Positions 17,525 through 26,460 of a stretch of DNA of 54,403 nt are shown piece by piece. This DNA comes from a virus (taxonomy: Duplodnaviria; Caudoviricetes). The notes under the pieces were generated by a model. The model worked only from the letters and a program-made list of their open reading frames with translations. It was not told the DNA's origin and ran no database searches. How positions within the stretch are numbered: position 1 is the first letter of the stretch; every line of letters begins with the position of its first letter. Made by a program: the position numbers and the translations under genes. The DNA lies in the IMG/VR virus record IMGVR_UViG_3300031951_000213, positions 1 to 54,403 of that record, one strand, 5' to 3'.

Positions 17525-18346
17525 TTAGAATAAGTCTTTTTGATCAAAAAATTTTTCGCTAGGCGGTTCGTAAGGCTCGTCATCTTTAACGAATCTTTCT
17601 TTCGGAAAGACTGTATTATGCCAATCATCCACCTCCCATTCTATTGTCTTCCTTTTGAATTTATCTTTATTCTTCAAGAAGATGGCTTTTGCTGCGTCAA
17701 AAAGGAATGACTCTGGCCAATCCATTTTTAAAATATTAATATTTTTATGTATCCATTGAATATTATCGCTTGTGTACCCCTTGCCTGAATCAATCCTATC
17801 TAGAGAAGCCGTTTGACCTTTCCCAAAACGAATATTCCATCCAGTTAGAGCGCACTTTCTTTTCTGTTTTAAAAACAAATCCCAAACTTCTTCAATTTTA
17901 ATTTCAAAAGCCATATTTCTAATCATGGCACCTTTTCTATAGCTTTCAAATTTAGAAATGGCTATTTCCTTGAAAAGCTTGGCTGACTTGAAATCGGGCT
18001 TTTCCAAACCAAGCTCTTTGGCTCTATTTAAAATAAATTTTTTACCGCGATGCATCTTGGAGCATAAATCGGTAATCTTTGTGTTTGGAAAATTTTTAAT
18101 TAGAAAATCATCCTCTTCTTTTTCCCACGGCTTTATTCCTTTTTCCTGATTAGCCTTGGCAGAACATCTTTTGCAACCCTGGCCTTCTAAATGTTTTCGA
18201 GGTAATTGTAGAAATTCTCCATGCTTTCTACATATGATTACAATTCTTTTCTCATTGTTTATGTAATCTGCCTTTGAGTAATCAAAGGTTTCTCCATGAA
18301 TGAGTTTTGCCCTATGAAAGAATATTTCTTTAGTAATTTTTTTCAA
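17525..18346 (-). CDS. free-standing homing endonuclease (His-Me finger/HNH-like)
   Basis: N-terminal FDYSKADY...IICRKHGEF...GQGCKRC domain; C-terminal KCALTG...ASLDRIDSGKGYTSDNIQWIHKNIN; overlaps the nrdB stop; AT-rich. Confidence 0.8.
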   Translation of the reverse strand: MKKITKEIFFHRAKLIHGETFDYSKADYINNEKRIVIICRKHGEFLQLPRKHLEGQGCKRCSAKANQEKGIKPWEKEEDDFLIKNFPNTKITDLCSKMHRGKKFILNRAKELGLEKPDFKSAKLFKEIAISKFESYRKGAMIRNMAFEIKIEEVWDLFLKQKRKCALTGWNIRFGKGQTASLDRIDSGKGYTSDNIQWIHKNINILKMDWPESFLFDAAKAIFLKNKDKFKRKTIEWEVDDWHNTVFPKERFVKDDEPYEPPSEKFFDQKDLF

Positions 18347-19401
18347 AGCGAAAAGCCCTCAAATTCTTTTGCGTTAATTTCCGTATTTCTAGCGCCAATT
18401 TTATAAGAGATAATTTCAGTTTCTTGTGGGGCCACTTGTGTTTTAGAGCTATCCATGAAACCATCAAGCCATCCAGAGATGGGGTTGTTTTTTGCGTCAA
18501 AGATTTTCTTATATCCAAGAGATTGAAGACGATTATTTGCGAGCCATTCAATATAACCCTTTAGAACTTCTGCGTTTAGCCCGAGCAGTGGTCCATGGGA
18601 AAACAAGTATTCCGCCCATTGTTTTTCGTGTTCAACCGCCAATCCGTAAGCGTCATATACTTTTTGTTCGTTGTTTTTGACGATTTCTTGAAATCCTTCT
18701 TCTTTATTTTCGCGCCAATATTTCAAAATGTTTTGAGTAATTGACTGATGAAGGTTTTCGTCGCGCTGGATTAGGGAGATAATGTCAGAATTGCCCTTCA
18801 TTTTCCCTTTGTAGCCAAAGAAAAGGGAGCACGCAAACGAGATATAAAAAGACAACCCTTCTGTGATTTGTGTGGAAAGAATGGCGTCAAAAATTGACTG
18901 CTTTAGGTTTTTGGGATTTCCCAAGAGGTTGTCGTAGCTTTCTTTAATTTTGTTGGCGCGATTAACGATTTCGGCGTCTTCTAGAATGGAATCGAAGAAT
19001 TTGGCTGGCTCTTTAGTAATATTTTGTAAAATCCATGTGTATGAGTAGCTGTGAACGTTTTCAAAACGCGCCCAAGTTCCCATGCAAATTTCTAATTCTG
19101 GGTTGGTCACATACTGAGAAACTTGATGAATAGACCTAGATAGCATGCTATCTGTCATTGTTTGCCAGCGCAAATTGCTGTTAAAAACAAACCTTTCCGT
19201 CTCGGAGAGAGATTCATAGTCACTTCTATCCTTGGTTAAGGATATTTCTTCTGGCATCCAATGGAACTCTTCCTGTTTGCGCCAAAGATCGAAAAGCTTT
19301 GGGTATTTGATTTTATCGTATCGTTGTAAAGCTAGTTCGTCTCCCAAAAATAGGAGGTTGTTTCCGCCGCTTTTATTTTTTGTATTTAAAACCGTATTCA
19401 T
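18343..19401 (-). CDS. nrdB: ribonucleotide reductase class Ia beta subunit
   Basis: WMPEEISL, TDS, ENVHSYSY (radical Tyr), EGLSFY, RDENLH, VAPQETE. Confidence 0.96.
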   Translation of the reverse strand: MNTVLNTKNKSGGNNLLFLGDELALQRYDKIKYPKLFDLWRKQEEFHWMPEEISLTKDRSDYESLSETERFVFNSNLRWQTMTDSMLSRSIHQVSQYVTNPELEICMGTWARFENVHSYSYTWILQNITKEPAKFFDSILEDAEIVNRANKIKESYDNLLGNPKNLKQSIFDAILSTQITEGLSFYISFACSLFFGYKGKMKGNSDIISLIQRDENLHQSITQNILKYWRENKEEGFQEIVKNNEQKVYDAYGLAVEHEKQWAEYLFSHGPLLGLNAEVLKGYIEWLANNRLQSLGYKKIFDAKNNPISGWLDGFMDSSKTQVAPQETEIISYKIGARNTEINAKEFEGFSL

Positions 19402-19412
19402 TTTTTTTAAAA

Positions 19413-21662
19413 TTAAATGCTGCAAGCTCCGCTAGAGCAGGAATCTTCTGCCATGCTTTGTTTGTCTCCGTCATCTGTGTTTAGATAGTAGCCAGCTCTC
19501 CAGCCCATTTTATAGGCGTGAAGAAATTCCTTAATCACTTTTGAGTCTGGCAGCGCTCCGCCTTCGTAATGAGAGTAATTGTAATATCGGTTTGCCGAAA
19601 TGGCCATGTCTGTCCACTTTTGTAATGCAGCAACAATATTAATCATTCCAATGTTGTCTTTCATATCAAAAGCAAGGGTATATTTGTTTTTGAGATGGGT
19701 GACTTGTGGAGCTACAACTGGTAGCTGTCTTGATTTGGACTTCTTGTAGGTGATGAGAGAGCGAATCGGCTCAATACCGTTTGTGGAATTTTGAATCACA
19801 GAACTACTTTCGCATGGCATTAGAGCGGAAAGGGTGCAATGACGCAATCCATATTTTTTAATATCTTCGCGGAGTTCTTCCCATGGCATTTCTGGTTTCC
19901 GCGTAACGATGGCATCTACGTCTTTTTTGTATGTGTCGATTGGTAGTATTCCTTTAGAGTATTTACTTGTCTCAAATTTCTCGCATGGGCCTTTTTCCTT
20001 AGCAAGCTCATTTGAAGATTTAAGAAGAAAGAATTGTGTTTTCTCCATTAGTTCGTCGGCGATATTCGGGGCATTTGGATCGTCGTATTTTACTCCATGT
20101 TTCGCTAGATAAGCGGCAAAATTAGTAATACCAACCCCAAGAGAGCGCCTTTTCTTTGCAAAGTTTTCCGCCGCTGGAGCAAAGTAGTTTTGATAGTCAA
20201 TTTGCTCGTCTAGACCGCGAACAATAATGTCACAAGTTTTTTCGAGTTCTGTATCTGAATGAATCTCTAAAACATTAATCGCCGAAAGAACGCAAATGCC
20301 AATTTCGCCGTCTGGATCATTAATATTCTTCAATGGTTTAACTGGCTGACATACCTCCAGGCAAAGGTTGTTCATCCGAACAGTATCGGCCCATGCTCCA
20401 CGTTCATTGATATGATCAATATTTGAGAAGTAAATTCTTCCAGTTTCAACGCTTTCTTTCGTGAAGAGGCTCATTAATTGGGCCGCTGGGATTTTTTTCT
20501 TTTGCTTAATTTTGTTGGATTTTTCGTATTTCTCGTAAAGAGCGTCAAATTCTGTAGTTCCGAATGCTTCGGCCATGTCTTTTACTTCGTGAGGCGAAAA
20601 AAGCGTAATTTCTCCCCCTTTTAGGAATCTTTCATAGAAGATTTTTGAAAATTGAATAACGTAATCCAGCTTTCTTACTCGATTATCATCTGTTCCAGCA
20701 TTGTTCTTTAATTGAATAATATCTTCGATTTCATAATGCCAGAATGGGAAATTAACTGTTGCCCCTCCGCCACGAATTCCATTTTGATGACAGGATTTGA
20801 CTGTTGATTCAAAAACCTTTAGAAATGGAATAACGCCCGTATGAATAACGTCTCCGTTTCTAATTTCCGCGCCGATTGCTCGCAACGACGAGCCGTTCAA
20901 TCCAATACCGAACCTTTGTGAAGTTGCAAATCCAACCGCAGTATTTGCGGCGAAAATAGATTCAATGCTATCTCCAATATCAATCAAACAGCAAGAAGCG
21001 TATTGGCGCAACTTGGTTCTAATTCCAGCCATTTGCGGCGTAGGAAGATTGGATTTGTGTTTTGAATATGAATCGTATGCTCTTTTAACATATTGAAGAC
21101 GATTCTGGGGATTATATTTTGCAAAAAGCGTCATTGCCACAAGCATATAAGCGAATTGCGGCGTCTCAAAGATTTGACCCGTTTTCCTGTTTTGAACAAG
21201 ATATTTATCGCAAAGCTGTTGAATTCCAGCGTAGGTGAAAATATCGTCTCTAGAGTGGTCGAGATAGTCTCCTAGCTTATTGATTTCTGATTCAGAATAA
21301 ACTTTTAGCGTTTCATCTTCGTAAACGCCAAGATCAACATTTTTCTTGATAAAATCGAGAAGTTTTGGCGGATTTTTGCCGCCCCAGACTTCTTTTCTTA
21401 GTTGGTAGTTGAGAAGTCTTGCCGCTACATATTGGTAGTTGGGAGATTTTAGAGAAATCAAGCTTACTGCCGAATCAATAATTACCTGATGAATGTCTTT
21501 TGTAGTCATTCCATCATGATATTGGAGTTTGGCATTAATGCAAACCGCGTTCGAGTAAACCCCGCTCAAACCCTCTGTCGCCCAATTAACTACTTTTTCA
21601 ATTTTTTCAACCGAAAAGTCTTCCTTCTCGCCGTTCCTCTTTGTTACCTTGTATTTATCCAT
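19413..21662 (-). CDS. nrdA: ribonucleotide reductase class Ia alpha subunit
   Basis: N-terminal ATP cone (VTKRNG), PTPQMAG, ASCCL, NLCLE, MPCESSS, NSTNGIEP, C-terminal CSSGAC. Confidence 0.97.
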   Translation of the reverse strand: MDKYKVTKRNGEKEDFSVEKIEKVVNWATEGLSGVYSNAVCINAKLQYHDGMTTKDIHQVIIDSAVSLISLKSPNYQYVAARLLNYQLRKEVWGGKNPPKLLDFIKKNVDLGVYEDETLKVYSESEINKLGDYLDHSRDDIFTYAGIQQLCDKYLVQNRKTGQIFETPQFAYMLVAMTLFAKYNPQNRLQYVKRAYDSYSKHKSNLPTPQMAGIRTKLRQYASCCLIDIGDSIESIFAANTAVGFATSQRFGIGLNGSSLRAIGAEIRNGDVIHTGVIPFLKVFESTVKSCHQNGIRGGGATVNFPFWHYEIEDIIQLKNNAGTDDNRVRKLDYVIQFSKIFYERFLKGGEITLFSPHEVKDMAEAFGTTEFDALYEKYEKSNKIKQKKKIPAAQLMSLFTKESVETGRIYFSNIDHINERGAWADTVRMNNLCLEVCQPVKPLKNINDPDGEIGICVLSAINVLEIHSDTELEKTCDIIVRGLDEQIDYQNYFAPAAENFAKKRRSLGVGITNFAAYLAKHGVKYDDPNAPNIADELMEKTQFFLLKSSNELAKEKGPCEKFETSKYSKGILPIDTYKKDVDAIVTRKPEMPWEELREDIKKYGLRHCTLSALMPCESSSVIQNSTNGIEPIRSLITYKKSKSRQLPVVAPQVTHLKNKYTLAFDMKDNIGMINIVAALQKWTDMAISANRYYNYSHYEGGALPDSKVIKEFLHAYKMGWRAGYYLNTDDGDKQSMAEDSCSSGACSI

Positions 21663-21668
21663 AGATCA

Positions 21669-21677
21669 TATATTACC
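21669..21677 (-). promoter_or_regulatory. GTTADTATA-class promoter variant (GGTAATATA) for nrdA
   Basis: 6 nt before the nrdA ATG. Confidence 0.45.
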
Positions 21678-21784
21678 ACCGAATCTAGAGCTTGTCTAGT
21701 TCTTTTTGCATCTTTTTTCAAGCGGCCAAAGCTTCGGCCAAAAACTGTGAATCCTATCAAAAATGAGAACATTCTCAAAAAAGA

Positions 21785-21834
21785 ATGGATAAAAAGTGTC
21801 CACGATTTGTTAAAAATGGACAAAAAGTGTCCAT
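21785..21834. repeat. tandem palindromic 18-bp repeats (operator/iteron-like)
   Basis: ATGGA(T/C)AAAAAGTGTCCA at 21785 and 21816 (31-bp period); the second copy is a perfect ATGGACA-N5-TGTCCAT palindrome. Confidence 0.75.
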
Positions 21835-21899
21835 ACCCTAAGATTTTTGAAGATTTTTTCGGGAATTTTGGAAAGGTTTGGGCTGTTTTGCTGTAATAT

Positions 21900-22330
21900 G
21901 GGGAAACCATAAAAGGAAGGGGCGGTCGTTTTCAGCCGCTAGGCCATTATAAGTTGGGAGCTTGCGACCATAAGCGAAGCGCTAAAGCCTCTCGTAGATT
22001 CTACACACGCAAATAAAAAACCTCCCGTTGAGGCAGCGAGAAGCGTTTTCTTCCCACAACATATGAAAATGAGAGCCTTGAGAATCTTGGGGCGAATGAG
22101 AAACCTCTCGGCGAGAAGACGATACAAGATTATCAAGCACAGGGGAGTTTGAGGGGGATGTGAATCTCCCTCATTCAAAGGTTGGAGTGAGGAACGAACG
22201 GAAACCGATAACTGAGTGAACGAAGTGAACGTAATGTACTGGTGTAGAGTACACTTAGGTATATCGTACAGCGAGAAGTCTTTTCGCCGCAAACGCTCAC
22301 TGCCTGCTCCGCAGGCTTACTACAAAAAGG
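21900..22330. other. structured non-coding region at the strand switch (candidate origin or ncRNA)
   Basis: No credible ORF; hairpins at 22151-22172, 22235-22253, 22271-22287 and 22302-22316; GCGAAGC at 21974. Confidence 0.5.
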
Positions 22331-22381
22331 TAAGAGTCTTAGTTTTTCCGCCGAAAAATGTTTTGCGCCGAAAGAAAAGAT

Positions 22382-22409
22382 TTGACAAGTTTCGCGAGTG
22401 TGCTACGTT
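22382..22409 (+). promoter_or_regulatory. sigma70-like early promoter
   Basis: TTGACA-N16-TACGTT-N8-ATG. Confidence 0.6.
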
Positions 22410-22417
22410 AGTAGTGT

Positions 22418-22768
22418 ATGAACCTAAACGATTACCGCGATCAATGTCACGCCGCGAACCAAAAATGGTGGACGGACATTCACACTGGATTTCCCATCTC
22501 TAGAAACAAAGGAGAGCTTCTAATGCTCGTCGTTTCTGAAATTGCCGAAGCTATGGAGGGAGAGCGCAAAGATTTGATGGACGACAAGATTCCCTCCCGA
22601 AAAATGGCGGAAGTTGAAATTGTTGACGCGCTAATTCGTCTATTCGATTACGCAGGAGGATTTGGATACGACCTTCAAGGAGCGTTTGAAGATAAGATGA
22701 AGTTTAACGCCACTCGCAAAGACCATTCTCACGAAGCTAGAAAACAGGAGGGCGGCAAAAAGTTCTGA
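22418..22768 (+). CDS. MazG-like NTP pyrophosphohydrolase
   Basis: LMLVVSEIAEAMEGERK...EVEIVDALIRLFD...KMKFNATR. Confidence 0.85.
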   Translation: MNLNDYRDQCHAANQKWWTDIHTGFPISRNKGELLMLVVSEIAEAMEGERKDLMDDKIPSRKMAEVEIVDALIRLFDYAGGFGYDLQGAFEDKMKFNATRKDHSHEARKQEGGKKF

Positions 22769-22769
22769 C

Positions 22770-22940
22770 ATGATGTATTTGCACGCCAGAACAAACCGCC
22801 AAGGTTCGGAAGTTAAAACCCCTCTTGGAGTTTCCGAGAAAGAGTGGGCCGAAATGTCCGCCGAAGACCAAGACTCTCTTGTTCAAGAAGCTCTTGGCGA
22901 CCTTGTAGAATCATGGGTTGAGGAGGGGGAAGATGAATAA
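22770..22940 (+). CDS. small hypothetical protein (56 aa)
   Basis: Below the track cutoff; MMYLHARTNRQGSEVKTPLGVSEKEWAEMS...; fills the gap exactly. Confidence 0.65.
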   Translation: MMYLHARTNRQGSEVKTPLGVSEKEWAEMSAEDQDSLVQEALGDLVESWVEEGEDE

Positions 22941-23139
22941 CCCTTTGGATAATAGAATTCGGCCCATTTTAACTCACTCGTTTTCAGTCGAGATAGAAAC
23001 ACAGCTTTCTGAAAATGAGGCGAGAGATTTTCTTCATTATCAAATCAACGCTGGCCGTCTGAACACAAGATACTCCGAAATCCAAAAAATCTGGCCAAAC
23101 TTTGGCGGCGCAAAGATTACTATAAGGCGATGGACCTAG
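22933..23139 (+). CDS. hypothetical protein
   Basis: Overlapping ORF; start MNNPLD. Confidence 0.55.
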   Translation: MNNPLDNRIRPILTHSFSVEIETQLSENEARDFLHYQINAGRLNTRYSEIQKIWPNFGGAKITIRRWT

Positions 23140-23336
23140 ACCCCTACCAACCCAACTTTGACGAATACCAGCGGCGAATCAAAAAATCCTACGAGGACTT
23201 TTGCCGCTACATGAAAGAATTCAAGCATTATTACCCTGCTGGCGAAGGATTCATTTGGGAGTTTGACGACGAAAAAATGACAATGCGTAAGTTAAAGCTT
23301 GAAAATCAAGAATGGGAACCCTATGAACGAATCTGA
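23130..23336 (+). CDS. hypothetical protein
   Basis: Tightly packed ORF. Confidence 0.6.
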   Translation: MDLDPYQPNFDEYQRRIKKSYEDFCRYMKEFKHYYPAGEGFIWEFDDEKMTMRKLKLENQEWEPYERI

Positions 23337-23688
23337 ACTAATCGCGGCCCTTCTCAAAAATGAGAGTTTCGCCGATTTCTACAACCATTTGTCGCATTAC
23401 GACAAGCCAATGTTTGAGAACGACTTGAACAACGCCATCTATACAACATTTTTGGCCGCAAAAGACAAATACAAACAACGCTGGCCCACGAAAGGAGACA
23501 AACTCATTTGCAAGAAAAACGACCTTCAACACTGGTTCAAGAGCGTAAAAGAAAATTGCGCGAAATTAAAAATCGGCGAAACTTATACCGTGAAAGGTCG
23601 TAATGTCGCTAGTTCATGGTGCGAGATTTTGTTGGAGGAAATGGAAGGAAGTTTCTGTCTTTCGGCTTTTGATTGGAAAGTTTCTTAG
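23323..23688 (+). CDS. hypothetical protein
   Basis: Start MNESEL. Confidence 0.65.
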   Translation: MNESELIAALLKNESFADFYNHLSHYDKPMFENDLNNAIYTTFLAAKDKYKQRWPTKGDKLICKKNDLQHWFKSVKENCAKLKIGETYTVKGRNVASSWCEILLEEMEGSFCLSAFDWKVS

Positions 23689-23697
23689 GGTTGCATC

Positions 23698-23706
23698 GTT
23701 AGTATA
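23698..23706 (+). promoter_or_regulatory. GTTADTATA-class promoter (GTTAGTATA)
   Basis: 4 nt before ATG 23711. Confidence 0.6.
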
Positions 23707-23710
23707 AACG

Positions 23711-24310
23711 ATGGTTAATCATACAGTCCTCATTTCCTCTGTGGCAAGAGGGGGAAAAGACACTCTAACAAAGTCTTTCATCCAACTTTTCACCCAAAAC
23801 GGCATCAATGCCAAACGATTCGCTTTCGCTGACGCCTTAAAAAGAGAGGTGAATCCATTGACACTCTTGAATCTTGGAATCAACGCCTTTACAGAAGATT
23901 CATATGAAAAGCAGTTAATACGCCCACTACTTTTAGCTTGGGGTAAAATTGGCCGCAATCTAGACGAAAACTATTGGGTCAAAAAAGTTTCGGCGGAAAT
24001 AAAAAATTCCGAGCCGTGCTTGGCAATCGTTAGTGACTGCCGCTATCCAAACGAGGCAAATTACTTTGCTGATAAAACACTCATCCACCTAACCCGTTAC
24101 GATGATAACGGCGATGAATTTCCTCCCGTTGGCGAAGACGAAGCCCTCTGGATTCCCGAGTTAAAAGAAATGGCCGACTTTAAAATTTCTTGGAATAATT
24201 ATCACGATAACTTGGAATCTTGTTATTATAAGAGCGAGCAATTTTTCAACCAAATTTTCGCCGACAAAATTCCCCAATGGCAAAACGATTTTCCACTGCC
24301 CAAGATTTAG
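23711..24310 (+). CDS. deoxynucleoside monophosphate kinase (T4 gp1-like)
   Basis: ARGGKDT P-loop, FAFADALK, RPLLLAWG, YWV, VSDCRYPNE. Confidence 0.82.
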   Translation: MVNHTVLISSVARGGKDTLTKSFIQLFTQNGINAKRFAFADALKREVNPLTLLNLGINAFTEDSYEKQLIRPLLLAWGKIGRNLDENYWVKKVSAEIKNSEPCLAIVSDCRYPNEANYFADKTLIHLTRYDDNGDEFPPVGEDEALWIPELKEMADFKISWNNYHDNLESCYYKSEQFFNQIFADKIPQWQNDFPLPKI

Positions 24311-24846
24311 AACTCATTAAGAAGGTCCAAGAGACTGGCGATAATGAGGCGATGAACCGCTTGATCCAAAATCATTCAGGCGTATATGAAAGCGTCTTAA
24401 AGGAAAGTTTGACTAGCGATTACGAGGTATTTAAAAATGAGCTACATGAGGACAAAAACTACCACCTCTATCGACTTGCTATGAATTACGACCCTAACCG
24501 CAACATGAAATACCCAACGTGGGTCGGCCAAAATGTCAAATGGATGTGCATGAACATTGTGAACCGCTCGCGTCCGTGGGAAAGTTTGGAAGAGGGTTCG
24601 TTCGACTGTTCATACGAACAAGAGGTGGAAAACATTGAACAACTTGCCTTGGATGAATTATCAAATCTAGCCAAAACCTACCCTGACGAGCGAGTTTTGG
24701 CTATTATTGAGGGCCGATACTTTCAAACCAAGCCTAAGCCGTGGAAAAAACTTTCCGCCGAATTAAAAACTTCACAATTGCTCTTGACAAACCTGCACGA
24801 CAAGTTTATACTTTGGGCGAAACCAAAGATGAAGAAATATGTCTGA
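24277..24846 (+). CDS. phage sigma70-family sigma factor
   Basis: DLELIKKVQETGDNEAMNRLI (region 1.2), YDPNRNMKYPTWV (region 2.3), C-terminal RYF...PWKKLSAEL HTH. Confidence 0.8.
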   Translation: MAKRFSTAQDLELIKKVQETGDNEAMNRLIQNHSGVYESVLKESLTSDYEVFKNELHEDKNYHLYRLAMNYDPNRNMKYPTWVGQNVKWMCMNIVNRSRPWESLEEGSFDCSYEQEVENIEQLALDELSNLAKTYPDERVLAIIEGRYFQTKPKPWKKLSAELKTSQLLLTNLHDKFILWAKPKMKKYV

Positions 24847-25060
24847 TAATTTTAAAGAATTCCTCAAATTTATAGCATTGTGGTATATTTTGCCAGCACT
24901 TCTACTTTGGGCCGAAGTATATTTCTTCTTTCATCCAGAGGCTACTAAAGATAAAATGTTTTCAACATTTTTGATTATGACGCCACTCGTAAATGTAGGC
25001 GTTTTAATCCTAATGTCTTTTGCGGTTCTTGCGAAATTTGTTTCTGGTTTTATTTTCTAA
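24839..25060 (+). CDS. small membrane protein
   Basis: Two hydrophobic helices. Confidence 0.65.
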   Translation: MSDNFKEFLKFIALWYILPALLLWAEVYFFFHPEATKDKMFSTFLIMTPLVNVGVLILMSFAVLAKFVSGFIF

Positions 25061-25062
25061 TT

Positions 25063-25269
25063 ATGTCTGAACCCGCATTCCAGCTAGAAGATTTCTTTAC
25101 ATTCAAACAGAATTTTGTTTCGCAATTTCTAGCTTCTTATGCCGTTAAAGAAACGTCTAACTTTAAATCACCAACAGCAGAAATAGTCGCAGATTTTCCA
25201 ATCAAATTGGCCGAAAGAATGGCAAACAAAGCGTGGCAGCAATACTGCGAAACACACAAGTTAATTTAA
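25063..25269 (+). CDS. hypothetical protein
   Basis: Tightly packed ORF. Confidence 0.6.
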   Translation: MSEPAFQLEDFFTFKQNFVSQFLASYAVKETSNFKSPTAEIVADFPIKLAERMANKAWQQYCETHKLI

Positions 25270-25297
25270 CCCAAACCCCAAATAGAAAAACAAACAC

Positions 25298-25681
25298 ATG
25301 CCAACAAGCATCTCAGTAATCGGAAACGCGGGCGCTGACCCCGAAATTCGTAAGACAAACAACGGTCTTGAAATCGTTGAACTCCGCGTTGCCTCTCAAG
25401 ACGGCAAAGACAAGACAAGTTGGTGGACTTGTAAGTTCCTTGGAAACAAGGCTGGCGAAACAGTTGCCAAACATGTCAAAAAAGGTTCTAGCGTAATGGT
25501 CGTTGGCCGAACCGAAACAGAAGAGTGGGAAAAGGATGGCAAAAAGAACAGCAAAGTGGTGGTCCTTGCCTCTGATTTTTCTTTCATCGGCGGAACTAAG
25601 TCTGGCGGCGAAAAGTCGGCGGATAAGCCAAAATCTGCTCCTAAGCAGGAAGACAATGAGAGTTCGGATATTCCGTTCTAG
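25298..25681 (+). CDS. ssb: single-stranded DNA-binding protein
   Basis: IGNAGADPE, KKGSSVMVVGR, C-terminal DIPF. Confidence 0.93.
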   Translation: MPTSISVIGNAGADPEIRKTNNGLEIVELRVASQDGKDKTSWWTCKFLGNKAGETVAKHVKKGSSVMVVGRTETEEWEKDGKKNSKVVVLASDFSFIGGTKSGGEKSADKPKSAPKQEDNESSDIPF

Positions 25682-25748
25682 TACAATCTCCTAAACAGAG
25701 TGGTTGTAAGAGTTCAAGTAGCTGTTAACTATTTGGATGGACCGCCAA

Positions 25749-25779
25749 ACCCGTTAGCTTGCATAAGCGGGTCTTTTTC
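25749..25779 (+). terminator. Rho-independent terminator
   Basis: ACCCG...CGGGT stem plus TTTTT after ssb. Confidence 0.55.
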
Positions 25780-25795
25780 TCATGTAACTTAAACC

Positions 25796-26077
25796 ATGAA
25801 AACCCTCCTATTCCTTCTTCTCTTTTCGGCCCAACTTTTTGCGGCGGATAAAATCACCGTAACGCCAACGCCGCAATATCTTGGCGGCGGATCAAAAATC
25901 ATCGTGAAAGATTCGGCGGGAAAAACTACGGCAACAGGAAAGACCGTTCAGCGTCCAAGCTATCTCGGCGGCGGGTCGGTTACAACAATCACGCCAACCA
26001 GCGGCCCAAAACAGGTTCTCGTGGAGAACAAAAAGCCTCAATATCTTGGCAGAGGAACAGAAATTAAAAAGAAGTAA
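25796..26077 (+). CDS. small secreted protein with three PxYLGxG repeats
   Basis: Sec-type signal MKTLLFLLLFSAQLFA; repeats PQYLGGGS, PSYLGGGS, PQYLGRGT; preceded by ATGTAA-N8. Confidence 0.75.
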   Translation: MKTLLFLLLFSAQLFAADKITVTPTPQYLGGGSKIIVKDSAGKTTATGKTVQRPSYLGGGSVTTITPTSGPKQVLVENKKPQYLGRGTEIKKK

Positions 26078-26078
26078 T

Positions 26079-26267
26079 ATGATTTTAACTTGCAAAACTT
26101 GTGAAGAAAAAATGGTAGGTCACATTGGAGACGAAATCTGTTCAGATTGTGCGTTTCCAGCGTTGAAACAGGCTAGAATTTCAGCCTCTCGCGCTGTCGA
26201 AGAGTTTTATAAAGAAAGAACAGGTAAGCAAAAAACATGCGGAGAAATTCTTAGGAGAGAAGAATAA
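26079..26267 (+). CDS. small Zn-finger hypothetical protein
   Basis: CKTC...CSDC. Confidence 0.55.
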   Translation: MILTCKTCEEKMVGHIGDEICSDCAFPALKQARISASRAVEEFYKERTGKQKTCGEILRREE

Positions 26268-26460
26268 TTTTCGGCCCAAAACTCTAGAGTTGACTTGATC
26301 CCCAACAACGGAGCGGCGGAAAGAAGAAATCAAACATTGGCTAATAAAATGAAAGCAAATAGTTTTACTTGGCGACACGGGGAATGGGCCTCCTGTTGTT
26401 TGATTTTGTTGTTAGTATAAGATGCTTGCGTAGCTAACAGCTTGGCCCTACAATTTTGAT

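Noticed and set aside
18343-21662. Introns or inteins in nrdA/nrdB (and in dnaB, recA)
   Set aside because: Lengths are normal and motifs are contiguous.
21785-21834. NrdR boxes (tandem, 31-bp spacing, upstream of nrdA)
   Set aside because: The spacing fits, but the sequence does not match the NrdR consensus acaCwAtATaTwGtgt.
21489-22503. Track ORFs 21489-21896, 21644-21910, 21939-22292 and 22216-22503
   Set aside because: No motifs or start signals, and they overlap repeats and promoters. Treated as spurious, like the many antisense shadow ORFs inside real genes.
26193-26211. 17/19 match to the predicted TnpB guide (GCTGTCGAAGAGTTTTATA vs ACTATCGAAGAGTTTTATA)
   Set aside because: Both mismatches fall in the TAM-proximal seed, the upstream bases (CTCGC) are not a typical AT-rich TAM, and both sites encode xEEFY. 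Probably coincidence; recheck once the TAM is known.
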